The notes beneath the pieces are model-generated. The model did no database searches, was not told the DNA's origin, and was given only the letters and a program-made list of their open reading frames with translations. Positions 54,126 through 63,683 of a stretch of 64,000 nt of DNA are shown one piece after another (position 1 is the first letter of the stretch; each line of letters begins with the position of its first letter). The stretch comes from a candidate division FCPU426 bacterium (lineage in GTDB: Bacteria; Oederibacteriota; Muellerivitia; Muellerivitales; Muellerivitaceae). The stretch is taken from positions 64,001 to 128,000 of the forward strand of contig CAVRAL010000004.1 of assembly GCA_963719085.1 (NCBI GenBank), in the 5' to 3' direction. The position numbers and the translations under genes were made by a program.

Positions 54126-54356
54126 TCATTTTTGCGGCGGGTCGATCGGATGCGGTTTCTTGGGGCGTTTTTTGAAGAAGTGGTAAAACAACAGGCAAAG
54201 CCAGCCGATGGAAAACACCATGGCCAAAAGCAGGGTTAGCCCCGGAAGCACCTTGCCGGTTTTTCCCAAGTAAATCAAAGTCCCGATCACGGCGAACCCG
54301 CCGTAAATATAGAGGAACCAAATGGGTGAGTCTTTTGGGTTGTCGGGCTGCGTCAT
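54126..54356 (-). CDS. Small two-TM hypothetical protein
   Basis: Two hydrophobic helices, SD AGGAGAG; lies between hisF and hisI. Confidence 0.7.
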   Translation of the reverse strand: MTQPDNPKDSPIWFLYIYGGFAVIGTLIYLGKTGKVLPGLTLLLAMVFSIGWLCLLFYHFFKKRPKKPHPIDPPQK

Positions 54357-54368
54357 TTTTCTCTCCTT

Positions 54369-55139
54369 TTAAATCCGGATCGGAATCCCTTTTTGGGCCA
54401 GGTAGGCCTTGGCTTGCTTCATCGAATATTCGCGGTAATGAAAAATGGAAGCCGCCAAAACCGCGTCGGCTTTTCCCTTCAGGACTCCATCGGCCAAATG
54501 ATCCAAGTTCCCCACGCCTCCGGAAGCAATCACCGGAACCGGCACGGCCTCGGAGATGGCGCGGGTCAATTCCAGATCATAACCGTCTTTAGTCCCGTCT
54601 TTATCCATGCTGGTTAAAAGAATTTCTCCCGCGCCCAGTCCCACGCCCTGAACGGCCCACTCAACGGCGTCCTTGCCGGTCGCCGTGCGGCCCCCGTGGG
54701 TGAAGACCTCCCATCCTTTGGAAGGATCGCTCGGGTCTTTTCGTTTGGCGTCGATGGCCAACACGATACATTGAGCCCCAAACTTTTCAGAACCTTCCTT
54801 CAGCACGGCCGGATTTTCCACGGCCCGGGTATTGAGGGAGACCTTGTCCGCGCCGGATTTTAAAAGGACACGGATATCGTCCGTCGTGCGCACGCCGCCG
54901 CCGACCGTCAAGGGCATGAAGATGGCTTCCGCCGTGCGGGTCACCACGTCCAACAGGATGTTTCGCTTATCGCTGGATGCCGTGATATCAAGGAACACCA
55001 GTTCGTCCGCTCCTTCGGCGTCGTATTGCTTGGCGATCTCCACCGGATCCCCCGCGTCCCGCAGGTTCTCAAACTTGACGCCCTTGACGACCCGGCCTTC
55101 CTTCACGTCCAGGCAGGGAATAATGCGCTTGGCGAGCAT
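54369..55139 (-). CDS. hisF: Imidazole glycerol phosphate synthase subunit HisF
   Basis: [36 protein letters not shown]. Confidence 0.97.
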   Translation of the reverse strand: MLAKRIIPCLDVKEGRVVKGVKFENLRDAGDPVEIAKQYDAEGADELVFLDITASSDKRNILLDVVTRTAEAIFMPLTVGGGVRTTDDIRVLLKSGADKVSLNTRAVENPAVLKEGSEKFGAQCIVLAIDAKRKDPSDPSKGWEVFTHGGRTATGKDAVEWAVQGVGLGAGEILLTSMDKDGTKDGYDLELTRAISEAVPVPVIASGGVGNLDHLADGVLKGKADAVLAASIFHYREYSMKQAKAYLAQKGIPIRI

Positions 55140-55900
55140 TACCGGCCCTTTACCTTTTTAGTTTTTGGCACCGGCGGCTCTTTGGCGATTTTGATGGCTT
55201 GTTTCAGGTCGATCTTTCCCGTGTAAAGGGCCTTGCCGATGATGACCGAGGCGATGCCGTATTTTTCCAGCCGCTTGGCGTGCTCAATATCTTTATAGCC
55301 CGACATGCCGCCGGAAGCGATCACGGGCACCTTCACGGCGACCGCCAGTTCTTTGGTGCTTTTAAAGTTGGGGCCTTCCAACATGCCGTCCCGTTGAATG
55401 TCGGTGAAGATGAGCGAACTCACGCCCAGTTCCACCATTTCGAGCCCTAAGTCCACGGCCTTCACTTTGGTCACTTGCTTCCAACCCTTGATGGCCACCA
55501 TGCCTTTTTTCGCGTCGATCCCGACGATTATGGATTTTCCGTGGCGCTTCACGGCTTCCTTGACGAATTCCTTATTTTGAACCGCGGAGGTCCCCAGAAT
55601 GACCCAGTTCACGCCAATCCCCACCAGCTTGTCGATGGTCTTCAGGTCCCGAATCCCGCCGCCCACCTGCACCTTCATGTCGGTGGCCTTGATGATTTCT
55701 TTCACGTAATCCAAGTTCGATAATTTGCCCGAAAAGGCCCCGTCCAAATCGATCACGTGGAGCCTTTTGGCTCCCTTCATTTTCCAGAGCTTGGCCACCG
55801 AGACAGGTTCTTGGGAGTAAACCGTCTCGTCCCGAAGGTCGCCTTGGACCAACCGAACCGCCTTGCCTTTTCGAATGTCGATCGCCGGTATGACGTACAT
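55139..55900 (-). CDS. hisA: ProFAR isomerase
   Basis: PAID...[31 protein letters not shown]. Confidence 0.96.
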   Translation of the reverse strand: MYVIPAIDIRKGKAVRLVQGDLRDETVYSQEPVSVAKLWKMKGAKRLHVIDLDGAFSGKLSNLDYVKEIIKATDMKVQVGGGIRDLKTIDKLVGIGVNWVILGTSAVQNKEFVKEAVKRHGKSIIVGIDAKKGMVAIKGWKQVTKVKAVDLGLEMVELGVSSLIFTDIQRDGMLEGPNFKSTKELAVAVKVPVIASGGMSGYKDIEHAKRLEKYGIASVIIGKALYTGKIDLKQAIKIAKEPPVPKTKKVKGR

Positions 55901-55933
55901 AAGAATCCTTTAAATGATTAAATCAAAAGAAAT

Positions 55934-56013
55934 TTAACTCGGAGTCACACAGAGTAAACGGAGTAAAATTTTTATTTTCAATTCTTACTCCATGTAACTC
56001 AGTTAACTCTGTG
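55934..56013. repeat. Intergenic hairpin element of inverted 9-10-nt repeats (GAGT core)
   Basis: Left arm aactcggagt-cacacagagt-aaacggagt-aa; right arm tt-actccatgta-actcagtta-actctgtg; AT-rich loop. Confidence 0.7.
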
Positions 56014-56031
56014 CTTCAACTTCTTGAGTCT

Positions 56032-56649
56032 TTAGAATTTTGTTCCGACCAGGTCCTTGAAATTTTCGTAAAGCTTTAATCCCACGCCTTGGCTTTTTTC
56101 CGGGTGAAACTGGGTCCCGAACACGTTTTTATCCCAAACCATCGAGGTGAAATCGGCGCCGTAAAAAGTCTGGGTGGCGATGATGGAAGGGTCCTCGGGC
56201 AAAACATAATAGGAGTGGACGAAATAAACATAGTCCCCGTCTTGAATCCCCTTCAATAACGGATTGTTTCCTTTTTTAATTTGAATCTGGTTCCAACCCA
56301 TGTGGGGCACCTTTTGGCCGCCGGGGAACCTCACCACCCGGCCTGGGAACAAACCCAGTCCCTTGGAGACGCCAAACTCTTCCCCCACGGCGAACAACAT
56401 CTGGAGTCCCACACAAACACCCAGAAAAGGCTTCCCGGTTTTGATGAAGGAAAAAACGGCCTTCGCCAAATCCGAGCGGTGCAGCCCGTCCATCGAATCC
56501 TTAAAAGCGCCCACGCCCGGCAGCACGACGCCGTCGGCTTTTGCCACGTCTTTCCATTCGGTAGTCACCCGCGCCTTCGCGCCGACCTTTTCCAAGGCCT
56601 TGGCCACGCTGTGCAGGTTCCCGACTCCATAATCGACTACGGCTATCAT
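56032..56649 (-). CDS. hisH: Imidazole glycerol phosphate synthase subunit HisH
   Basis: MIAVVDYG.GNL.S, LPGVGAF, GVCVG.Q, PHMGWN, QFHPEKS. Start ATG 56649. Confidence 0.96.
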   Translation of the reverse strand: MIAVVDYGVGNLHSVAKALEKVGAKARVTTEWKDVAKADGVVLPGVGAFKDSMDGLHRSDLAKAVFSFIKTGKPFLGVCVGLQMLFAVGEEFGVSKGLGLFPGRVVRFPGGQKVPHMGWNQIQIKKGNNPLLKGIQDGDYVYFVHSYYVLPEDPSIIATQTFYGADFTSMVWDKNVFGTQFHPEKSQGVGLKLYENFKDLVGTKF

Positions 56650-56676
56650 GACCTTCTCCCGAAATAGAACTTCTGA

Positions 56677-56783
56677 TTTCACCGCCAAGGCGCCAAGTAC
56701 GCCAAGAAAGACGCTTAACCAAAAATTAATTTATTTTTTAAATCTTTTGCCTTCTTGGCGAACTTGGCGTCTTGGCGGTGAAA
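56677..56783. repeat. Intergenic hairpin element with 32-bp arms of three CGCCAAG units
   Basis: 56677-56708 vs reverse complement of 56752-56783: 30/32 identical. Confidence 0.9.
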
Positions 56784-56805
56784 ATGGTTTGGTTTTGATT
56801 CAAAC

Positions 56806-57399
56806 TTAAATCTTTCCCTTGGTGGAAGGGATGCCCTTCATCTTGGAATCAAAAGCCGCCGCCATCTTCAAGGCCCGGGCGAAGCTTTTGAAAGCCGCTT
56901 CCACGATGTGATGGCTGTTGCGGCCGTGGATTTTCTCCAGGTGCAGGTTGAACTTACCGTTGTCGGTGGCCGCGCGGAAAAAATCCTCGATGAGTTCGGT
57001 GTCAAAATTGCCGATGCGCTTTTTCACCGCCAAATCCAAGGCGAAATTAATGTAGTTGCGGCCGCTCAAATCCACCACCGCCCGGACCAAAGCCTCATCC
57101 AGCGGCACGTAAAAATGGCCGTAACGGGAAATGCCCTGCTTGTCGCCCAAAGCCTTGTCCAGCGCCATCCCCAGGCAAATGCCGATATCTTCCACCGTGT
57201 GGTGGTCGTCGATATGCGTGTCGCCCTTGGCCTTTACCTTTAAATCAAATCCGCTGTGTTTGCTGAAGGCTTCCAGCATGTGATTGAGGAACGGCACGGG
57301 CGTGGTCACGTCCGGAACGCCGGTTCCGTCTAAATCGAGGACCAGTTCGATGTCGGTTTCTTTGGTTTTTCGCTTAATCGCCGCGACGCGGTTTTTCAT
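56806..57399 (-). CDS. hisB: Imidazoleglycerol-phosphate dehydratase
   Basis: R.TKET.I, DDHHTVED, PLDEAL, NSHHIVEA.FK, PSTKG. Start ATG 57399. Confidence 0.96.
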   Translation of the reverse strand: MKNRVAAIKRKTKETDIELVLDLDGTGVPDVTTPVPFLNHMLEAFSKHSGFDLKVKAKGDTHIDDHHTVEDIGICLGMALDKALGDKQGISRYGHFYVPLDEALVRAVVDLSGRNYINFALDLAVKKRIGNFDTELIEDFFRAATDNGKFNLHLEKIHGRNSHHIVEAAFKSFARALKMAAAFDSKMKGIPSTKGKI

Positions 57400-57429
57400 A
57401 AAGTCTCCAAACAAGATTAAACCTATTTT

Positions 57430-57505
57430 GCAATGATGAATGCGGATAAACGCCGATGATTCAAACTCTTTATTAAAATCTGCGTCCATCTGCGTTTATC
57501 ACTGC
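57430..57505. repeat. Intergenic hairpin element of inverted 10-nt repeats (AAACGCAGAT-like)
   Basis: gcaatgatgaatgcggataaacgccgat ... atctgcgtccatctgcgtttatcactgc; 21/28 complementary. Confidence 0.75.
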
Positions 57506-57512
57506 TAATTGC

Positions 57513-58577
57513 CTACCGAATTATCTTCACCAGTTCAGCCAGGAAGCGGCTGGTTTCTTCCGGCTTGCCCACCGTAATCCGAAGCGAATCCCGAAGCCTC
57601 GGATGGGAGAAGTATCTTATCAAAACCCGGTTTTTTTTGAGATTTTTGTAGATCGCTTCCGCCGGGGGTTTTCCCTCCCATTGGGCCAATAAAAAATTAG
57701 CCTGGCTCTCGGGAACAGTAAAGCCCAGGGCCCGCAAGGAGCGGCTCAAGCGTTCCCGTTCTTTCTTAATTTGGATTGTGCTCGTTTTAGCTTCCTTCAA
57801 TCCCGCCGGGGTAAAGGCCGCCAAGCCCAGCGACTGGGTCAAGCGGTTGACATTATAGGAATCTTTCACCTTATAAAGCTGCTCCATGACTTGCGGGTGT
57901 CCAAAAGCCAATCCCAACCTGGCCCCCGCCAAGGAAAAGGATTTGGACAGGGTTCGCAAGATCAAAACATTCGGATATTTTTTGGCCAGCGCCAAACAGT
58001 TTTTCTCGGCAAAGTCCACATAGGCCTCATCGATCAAAACCAAGCCCCTGGCCTTTTTGCAGAAGGCCTCAATGTCCTTAAGGGGGAAACAATTACCGAC
58101 CGGCGGATTGGGATAACCGAACAGGGTCAACCGAGCGTTCGGGGAAAACTTGCGGAAGTCCAAATCGAAATTTTCAGTCAGCGGGATTTCACGGGTTCGG
58201 GCGCCCTCAATTTGGGCCAGCACCGGGTAAAGGCTGTAGGTCAGGTCCGGATACTGAACCAAATCCTTTTCGCCCACACAGGCGCGAAAAACAATCGACA
58301 AGATCTCATCCGATCCATTGCCTACCATTAAGCCATCCAAAGGCCACCGGTAAACCTTCGCCAAACGCATGCGCAGGGTTTCCGCCGTGGGTTCGGGATA
58401 AAGCCGCAATTTAGCGTCCGCGGCTTCGCGAACCGCCTTCAAAACCACCGCGGGCGGGGCGTAGGGATTCTCGTTAGTGTTGAGTTTGAGGGTCTTGGGG
58501 TCTTTTGGCTGCTCTCCCGGCGTGTAGCCCTTCATCTTCAGGACCGAGGGACGGAACCAATTTTTAAGAGCGCTCAT
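57513..58577 (-). CDS. hisC: Histidinol-phosphate aminotransferase
   Basis: Y.PGEQP, KLNTNENPY, GNGSDE, DEAYVDF, RTLSKS..LAG.RLG. Confidence 0.95.
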   Translation of the reverse strand: MSALKNWFRPSVLKMKGYTPGEQPKDPKTLKLNTNENPYAPPAVVLKAVREAADAKLRLYPEPTAETLRMRLAKVYRWPLDGLMVGNGSDEILSIVFRACVGEKDLVQYPDLTYSLYPVLAQIEGARTREIPLTENFDLDFRKFSPNARLTLFGYPNPPVGNCFPLKDIEAFCKKARGLVLIDEAYVDFAEKNCLALAKKYPNVLILRTLSKSFSLAGARLGLAFGHPQVMEQLYKVKDSYNVNRLTQSLGLAAFTPAGLKEAKTSTIQIKKERERLSRSLRALGFTVPESQANFLLAQWEGKPPAEAIYKNLKKNRVLIRYFSHPRLRDSLRITVGKPEETSRFLAELVKIIR

Positions 58578-59929
58578 GGCTTTGTCCCGACTGCCATTCG
58601 GAAGAGCACGCTTTGGGCGTGGCCGGTCAGGCCTTCTTGCTCAGCCAGGAAAACCGTGGGCCTCCCCAGTTTGCGAACGCCCGGCGCTTTTACTTCCAAC
58701 ACATTAGTCCGCTTGAGAAAATCGTAAACCGAAAGCCCGGAAGCGAAACGGGCGGTCCCGCTGGTGGGCAAAATGTGGTTGGTGCCGGCGGTGAAATCAC
58801 CGAAAGCCACCGGCGAGAAGGGACCGACAAAAACAGCCCCGGCGTGACGGAGACCCTTCAACCAAGGTTTTGGATTTTTCGCCAAAATTTCTAAGTGTTC
58901 CGCCGCGAAACGATTGGCGGCTTCCAGGGCTTGCGCTTTATTTTTAACCAAGAGAATCGCTCCCCGGCTTTTAAGCGAATCCGACGCCGTTTGACGGCGG
59001 GACAAAAGTTCCAATTGCAGTTCGATTTCCTCGGAAACTTCCTCGGCCAGCTTCGCAGAAGCAGTCACCAAAAGGCAGGAGGCCATCTCATCGTGCTCCG
59101 CCTGGGCCAAGATATCCGCCGCCACCCAGGCCGGCGAGACCGTGCCGTCGCTGAGGATAAGGACCTCGCTGGGACCCGCGAACCCGTCGATGCCCACCTG
59201 CCCGAAAACCTTGCGCTTGGCCAGGGCCACAAAAAGATTGCCGGGTCCCGTGATTTTATCCACCGCCGGAATCGTTTGAGTGCCATAAGCCAAGGCCGCC
59301 ACGGCCTGAGCACCCCCGATTTTGAAAATTTGGCTCACGCCCGCCAAATGGGCCGCCGCCAGGATGACCGGGTCCACTTGGCCCGTTTTTTTCACCGGCG
59401 TTACCATGACGATCTTTTTCACCCCGGCCACCTTGGCGGGAATGACGTTCATCAAGACCGAGGAGGGGTAAACCGCCAGCCCGCCCGGCACATAAACACC
59501 CACTTGATCCAGCGCCGTCCAGCGCTGCCACCAATTTACGTCCTGGTTTTTTTTGGTCCAATCCTTGGGTTTTTCATTCTCGTGGAAGGCTCGGATTTGT
59601 TTAATCGCGACCCGCAAGGATTCCATGAGCACTTTGGGGACAGTTTGAAGGGCCTTCTTGATCTCGGCTTGAGTGACTTGAACATTGGATTTCGTGACGG
59701 CGAAGCCATCCAGCTTGCGGGTATAGGTGAAAAGCGACGCGTCGCCTTTTTGGCGGACTTCCGAAATGATTTTATCCACCGCTTGTTCAGGGCTTAAGGA
59801 TTTTCCGAAAACTTTTTTGGTCAGGGCCGAGCGCGATCCCGCCCCCTGGAGGGACACCAAGGCTTCCCGGCGCATGAGTTTGCCGATGGCCTTTTGGTCT
59901 TTCGATTTAGAGTAGTCTAGTATCCGCAT
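58574..59929 (-). CDS. hisD: Histidinol dehydrogenase
   Basis: YVPGG.A.YPSSVLM, GGAQA.AAL, GPGN.FV, AGPSE, QAEHD, EHLE, GTNHILPT. Start ATG 59929. Confidence 0.96.
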   Translation of the reverse strand: MRILDYSKSKDQKAIGKLMRREALVSLQGAGSRSALTKKVFGKSLSPEQAVDKIISEVRQKGDASLFTYTRKLDGFAVTKSNVQVTQAEIKKALQTVPKVLMESLRVAIKQIRAFHENEKPKDWTKKNQDVNWWQRWTALDQVGVYVPGGLAVYPSSVLMNVIPAKVAGVKKIVMVTPVKKTGQVDPVILAAAHLAGVSQIFKIGGAQAVAALAYGTQTIPAVDKITGPGNLFVALAKRKVFGQVGIDGFAGPSEVLILSDGTVSPAWVAADILAQAEHDEMASCLLVTASAKLAEEVSEEIELQLELLSRRQTASDSLKSRGAILLVKNKAQALEAANRFAAEHLEILAKNPKPWLKGLRHAGAVFVGPFSPVAFGDFTAGTNHILPTSGTARFASGLSVYDFLKRTNVLEVKAPGVRKLGRPTVFLAEQEGLTGHAQSVLFRMAVGTKP

Positions 59930-60018
59930 AAAACACCCCGATTTTTCACCGCTCCCGCCGGCCCTTTGGGCCAATTAAGCGGGACATACCGCCCTCAATA
60001 TTATTTTTCAAAGCGGGG

Positions 60019-60105
60019 CGCGCAAGACGCCAAGTTCGCCAAGAAAAAAATCAGCCAAATCATTTTGGTTCGCCTTCCTTGGCGTCTTGGCACCTTGGCG
60101 GTAAA
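60019..60105. repeat. Second CGCCAAG-family hairpin element (murA-hisD spacer)
   Basis: caagacgccaagttcgccaagaa is identical to the reverse complement of the right arm at 56752-56774. Opposite arm ttccttggcgtcttggcaccttggcggtaaa. Confidence 0.85.
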
Positions 60106-60115
60106 CCGGGTTTTA

Positions 60116-61375
60116 TTAATTCACTCTTTGAATATCCGCGCCCAAATCGGACAGCTTTTCCTCGATCTGCTCATAACCCCGGTCCAGGTGATAAATGCGT
60201 TGGACCAAGGTTTCCCCGTCGGCGACGAGCCCGGCCAAAATCAAGGCCGCGCTGGCCCGAAGGTCCGACGCCATCACGGGGGCGCCGGTCAAACGCTTCA
60301 CGCCCTTGACTACGGCGTTGCTTCCCTCAATTTTGATGTCCGCGCCCATGCGGTTCAACTCGAAAACATGCATGAACCGGTTTTCCCAAATGGTTTCCGT
60401 GATCACGCTTAAACCCGGCACCACAGTCAAAAGCGCCATCATCTGCGCCTGCATGTCGGTGGGAAACCCAGGGTAAGGCGCCACGCGCACATCAGCCGGA
60501 TGATAGCTGGAGCTTCCAATCACCCTCATCCAATCCGGGCCCTCCTCAACCTTGATTCCAATCTCCTTAAATTTTCGGGTCACGTCCACCAAATGGCTGG
60601 GTGAAACTTTGGTCAAGGTCACATCGCCGCCAGTAATGGCCGCTGCCGTCATAAAGGTGCCTGCCTCCACCCGGTCGGGAATAATCGAGTAGGTCACGCC
60701 CTTGAGGGGCTTGCCGCCTTGAATCACCAGACGGGAAGTTCCTCCGCCTTGGATGTCGGCGCCCATGGCGTTGAGAAAGCCCACTAGGTCTTCCACTTCG
60801 GGTTCGGTGGCGGCCGATTCAATGACCGTGGTCCCTTTCGCCGCCGTCGCGGCTAAAAGCACATTAACCGTGGCGCCCACACTGGGCCCGTGCGGACCGC
60901 CCAAGTGGATAACCGCCCCCTTGAGTTCGGCGGCTTCAGCGTTCACGTAACCGTGATCGATGGTGACTTTAGCTCCCAGTTGTTCCACGCCTTTTAAATG
61001 AAGGTCAATCGGGCGCGCGCCGATCGCGCAGCCCCCGGGAAGCGACACCCGGGCTTTCCCAAGCCTGGCCAAGCAGGCGCCGAGGGAATAAATGGAGGCC
61101 CGCATGGTGCTGACTAAATCATAAGGCGCCTCATGTTGGGTGAAACCCTCCGGGTCAATCGTGAGCCGGTGATTTTCCAAGGTCACCTTGGCGCCGAGCT
61201 TGCGCAAAACCTCGGCCATGGTTTTGATATCGTTGAGGTGCGGAACGTTTTCCAAAATGGAGGGGGATCCGGCCAAAAGCGCGGCGGTCATGACGGGCAG
61301 GGTCGCGTTTTTGGAGCCGCTGATCTCCACGGTGCCTTTGAGCGTTTTGCCGCCCCTGATTTTTATCTTTTGCAA
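60116..61375 (-). CDS. murA: UDP-N-acetylglucosamine 1-carboxyvinyltransferase
   Basis: SG.KNA.LP, MRAS, LPGGCAIG.RP, SVGAT, PGFPTDMQAQ, DLRA, LDRGYE. Confidence 0.97.
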   Translation of the reverse strand: MQKIKIRGGKTLKGTVEISGSKNATLPVMTAALLAGSPSILENVPHLNDIKTMAEVLRKLGAKVTLENHRLTIDPEGFTQHEAPYDLVSTMRASIYSLGACLARLGKARVSLPGGCAIGARPIDLHLKGVEQLGAKVTIDHGYVNAEAAELKGAVIHLGGPHGPSVGATVNVLLAATAAKGTTVIESAATEPEVEDLVGFLNAMGADIQGGGTSRLVIQGGKPLKGVTYSIIPDRVEAGTFMTAAAITGGDVTLTKVSPSHLVDVTRKFKEIGIKVEEGPDWMRVIGSSSYHPADVRVAPYPGFPTDMQAQMMALLTVVPGLSVITETIWENRFMHVFELNRMGADIKIEGSNAVVKGVKRLTGAPVMASDLRASAALILAGLVADGETLVQRIYHLDRGYEQIEEKLSDLGADIQRVN

Positions 61376-61435
61376 GCGAAACTCCGGGTCGAAAATAAAA
61401 AAGCCGCCAGCTTGGACGGCTTAAAAAAACGGTTA

Positions 61436-61465
61436 AAAATAAAGAACCTCCCGTTGCCGGGAGGT
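61436..61465 (-). terminator. Candidate terminator after rnpB
   Basis: Minus strand acctcccggcaacgggaggt followed by tctttattttt. Confidence 0.6.
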
Positions 61466-61477
61466 GCGTTAAAAAAA

Positions 61478-61877
61478 GAAGCGGGTCATAAGCCGAGTTT
61501 TGTAGATGTGATCATTTCTCTCGCGGAGACCGTTGCCGGTTCCGTCCAGCGATCTTACCCGAAGGCCCAGTTTTCCGTTAGGAACCCTGTGGGGCGGACG
61601 ACCCCGAAGCCCTCCTATTTGATCTTGCTCCGGATGGGGTTTGCCTAGCCGCCGCACTTACGTGGAACGCGGTGGGCTCTTACCCCACCTTTTCACCCTT
61701 ACCCCTCGGCTTGCGCCAAAAGGCGGTTTGTTTCTGTGGCACTTTCCTTCACTCCGGGGCCTCGCCTTGCGGCGCACCCCGAAGCGACCGGGCGTTACCC
61801 GGCATCCTGTCCTATGGAGCTCGGACTTTCCTCGACTGGAAGGGAACCCCCACCAGTCGCGATCACGGACCTGCTTC
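61478..61877 (-). ncRNA. rnpB: RNase P RNA (bacterial type A)
   Basis: Minus strand GAGGAAAGTCC, AGTGCCACAGAAA, GGGTGAAAAGGTGGGGTAAGAGCCCACCG, GGCAAACCCC..GAGCAAG, ACAAAACTCGGCTTAT. P1 GAAGCAGGTC/GACCCGCTTC. Confidence 0.96.
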
Positions 61878-61930
61878 CAAGGGGAATCATAGTGGGAATA
61901 GAGGGCAAAATCCAGCGGGACAAAGGCCGA

Positions 61931-62401
61931 TTAACGGCTGGGTTTTCGCTGAGGCTTGAACCGGCTGACGAAAAGGGATAGGTCCGACCGGTCAATCCAA
62001 CCCGTCTTTTTCCAAAAACGCGCTCCGCTCCGGTTGCCCTTGAACACCATGGCATAACTGCGGTGAATACCCGCCTTCTCCAATTTTCGCAAGGCGCCCT
62101 CGGCTAACTTTCGTCCCAATCCCAAGCGCCTGTATTCCTCCGCGACCGCCAGATGGGCCAGTAATCCGCGCCTTCCGTCATGCCCCGCCAATAGGGTTCC
62201 GACAATTTTAGATTTCGAAACGGCGACCATGCTAAATCCGGGATTCCGTTTCAGGTAACGCGCGAGATTGTCCCGGGTGTCGTCGGGTCGGGTCCCCACT
62301 CCCGGGGATGCCTTCCACAAGCGCAAGGATTCCTTAAAATCAGAAACCCGCATGGGACGGATAGAACAACTGAGCGGCTTATTTTTTTGAGAAATGCTCA
62401 T
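61931..62401 (-). CDS. GNAT-family acetyltransferase
   Basis: GHDGRRG..HLAV...RR.GLG, N..G..FW...GW. Start may be 62353. Confidence 0.9.
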   Translation of the reverse strand: MSISQKNKPLSCSIRPMRVSDFKESLRLWKASPGVGTRPDDTRDNLARYLKRNPGFSMVAVSKSKIVGTLLAGHDGRRGLLAHLAVAEEYRRLGLGRKLAEGALRKLEKAGIHRSYAMVFKGNRSGARFWKKTGWIDRSDLSLFVSRFKPQRKPSR

Positions 62402-62789
62402 CGATGCCCCGGTTGGCCAGTTCGTCGGCCTTCTTGTTGAACTCCCGAAGTACGTGGGTGAATCCCGTGACCTCCAAGTGCGCCATGTACTCTTTAGCCT
62501 TCTGGTAAAGCGGGATCATGTTGGGATGTTTCACTTTGTACTGTCCCGATAATTGGCGGATCATCAATTGGCTGTCGGCCAGTATCTCCACGGGAGATAA
62601 TTTTTTCTTCACGCAATAATCCAGCGCCGCCAACAAAGCCTCGTACTCCGCCACATTGTTGGTCGTGGTTCCAATAAACTTGGAAATCTCATGAAGGGTC
62701 TTGCCCTTGGCGTCCAGGATGACCGCCCCGATCCCCGAGGGACCCGGATTCCCCCGGCAAGCGCCATCGGTGTAAATTTGGTAGGGCAT
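62379..62789 (-). CDS. rnhA: Ribonuclease HI family protein
   Basis: YTDGACRGNPG, TNNVAEY.A, DSQL, N..AD.LAN. Confidence 0.92.
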   Translation of the reverse strand: MPYQIYTDGACRGNPGPSGIGAVILDAKGKTLHEISKFIGTTTNNVAEYEALLAALDYCVKKKLSPVEILADSQLMIRQLSGQYKVKHPNMIPLYQKAKEYMAHLEVTGFTHVLREFNKKADELANRGIDEHFSKK

Positions 62790-62802
62790 ATTTCACTCCG
62801 AA

Positions 62803-62876
62803 AATTCTAAGTTTTAAGTTCTAAGTTTTGAGTTGAGGAAGCCAACTTAAAACTCAACACTCAAAATTAAAAACTT
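62803..62876. repeat. Intergenic hairpin element of inverted heptamer tandem repeats
   Basis: aattcta-agtttta-agttcta-agttttg-agttg, 7-nt loop, caact-taaaact-caacact-caaaatt-aaaaact. Confidence 0.85.
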
Positions 62877-63681
62877 ATTTTTTCAGCGCCCGGCGGATGG
62901 CCAGCGCGTCTTTAAGGATTTGGTTGAAGGTCTCGAAAGTGATTTGAGTGGCGGCGTCGGACTTGGCTTTCGGCGGGTTGGGATGAACTTCGGTGAAAAG
63001 GCCATCCACCCCGGCGGCCACGGCGGCGCGCACCAAGGTCGGCACATGCTCCCGGGTTCCGCCGGACGAGGTTCCCTTGGCGGCGGGTTGTTGAACGCTG
63101 TGGGTTCCGTCAAAAATCACCGGGCATCCGGTCTTTTGCATCTCAGGAATTCCCCGGTAATCCACCACCAGATTGTTATAACCAAATACCGTGCCCCGTT
63201 CCGTGAGCCAGATGTTCTTTTGGCCGGCGCTTTTCATTTTTTCAACCACATTGGCCATTTCCCAGGGCGCCATGAACTGCGCCTTTTTCACGTTGACCGC
63301 TTTGCCGTACTTGGCCGCCTCCATTAAGAGGCTCGTTTGACGGGAAAGAAAAGCGGGAATCTGAAGGACGTCCACCACCTTGGCGGCGATCCTCACTTCC
63401 TCGATCTCATGGATATCGGTCAGCAAGGGCAGGCCCAATTTCTTTTTGACCTTGGAGAGAATGGCCAGGCCTTTTTTTAATCCGGGTCCCCGGAAGCTTT
63501 TGGCCGAGGTGCGGTTGGCCTTGTCGAAGGACGATTTGAAAATGAGCGGGATCTCATAGGAATCGGTGATTTCCTTCAAGGTCCTCGCCGTTTTTAAAAG
63601 AAATTCTTCCCCCTCGATGACACAAGGCCCCGCGATGACAAAAAACTGCCCATCGCGGCCCAATTTGGATAGGTCCTGCAT
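62875..63681 (-). CDS. kdsA: KDO-8-phosphate synthase
   Basis: IAGPCVIE, KSSFDKANRTS, QIPAFL.RQT, ERG..FGY, D.THSVQ.P. Confidence 0.96.
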   Translation of the reverse strand: MQDLSKLGRDGQFFVIAGPCVIEGEEFLLKTARTLKEITDSYEIPLIFKSSFDKANRTSAKSFRGPGLKKGLAILSKVKKKLGLPLLTDIHEIEEVRIAAKVVDVLQIPAFLSRQTSLLMEAAKYGKAVNVKKAQFMAPWEMANVVEKMKSAGQKNIWLTERGTVFGYNNLVVDYRGIPEMQKTGCPVIFDGTHSVQQPAAKGTSSGGTREHVPTLVRAAVAAGVDGLFTEVHPNPPKAKSDAATQITFETFNQILKDALAIRRALKK

Positions 63682-63683
63682 GA

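Noticed and set aside
56650..59974. N-terminal extensions of hisH, hisB and hisD in the ORF track
   Set aside because: They run through intergenic or repeat DNA; family homology begins at downstream ATGs (56649, 57399, 59929).
60001..60063. 20-aa minus-strand ORF MIWLIFFLANLASCAPRFEK resembling a lipoprotein signal or his leader
   Set aside because: It is largely encoded by the CGCCAAG repeat arm and loop, and has no His codons.
61469..62055. Several short ORFs in the ORF track over this region
   Set aside because: They overlap the clearly identified RNase P RNA or the GNAT gene.
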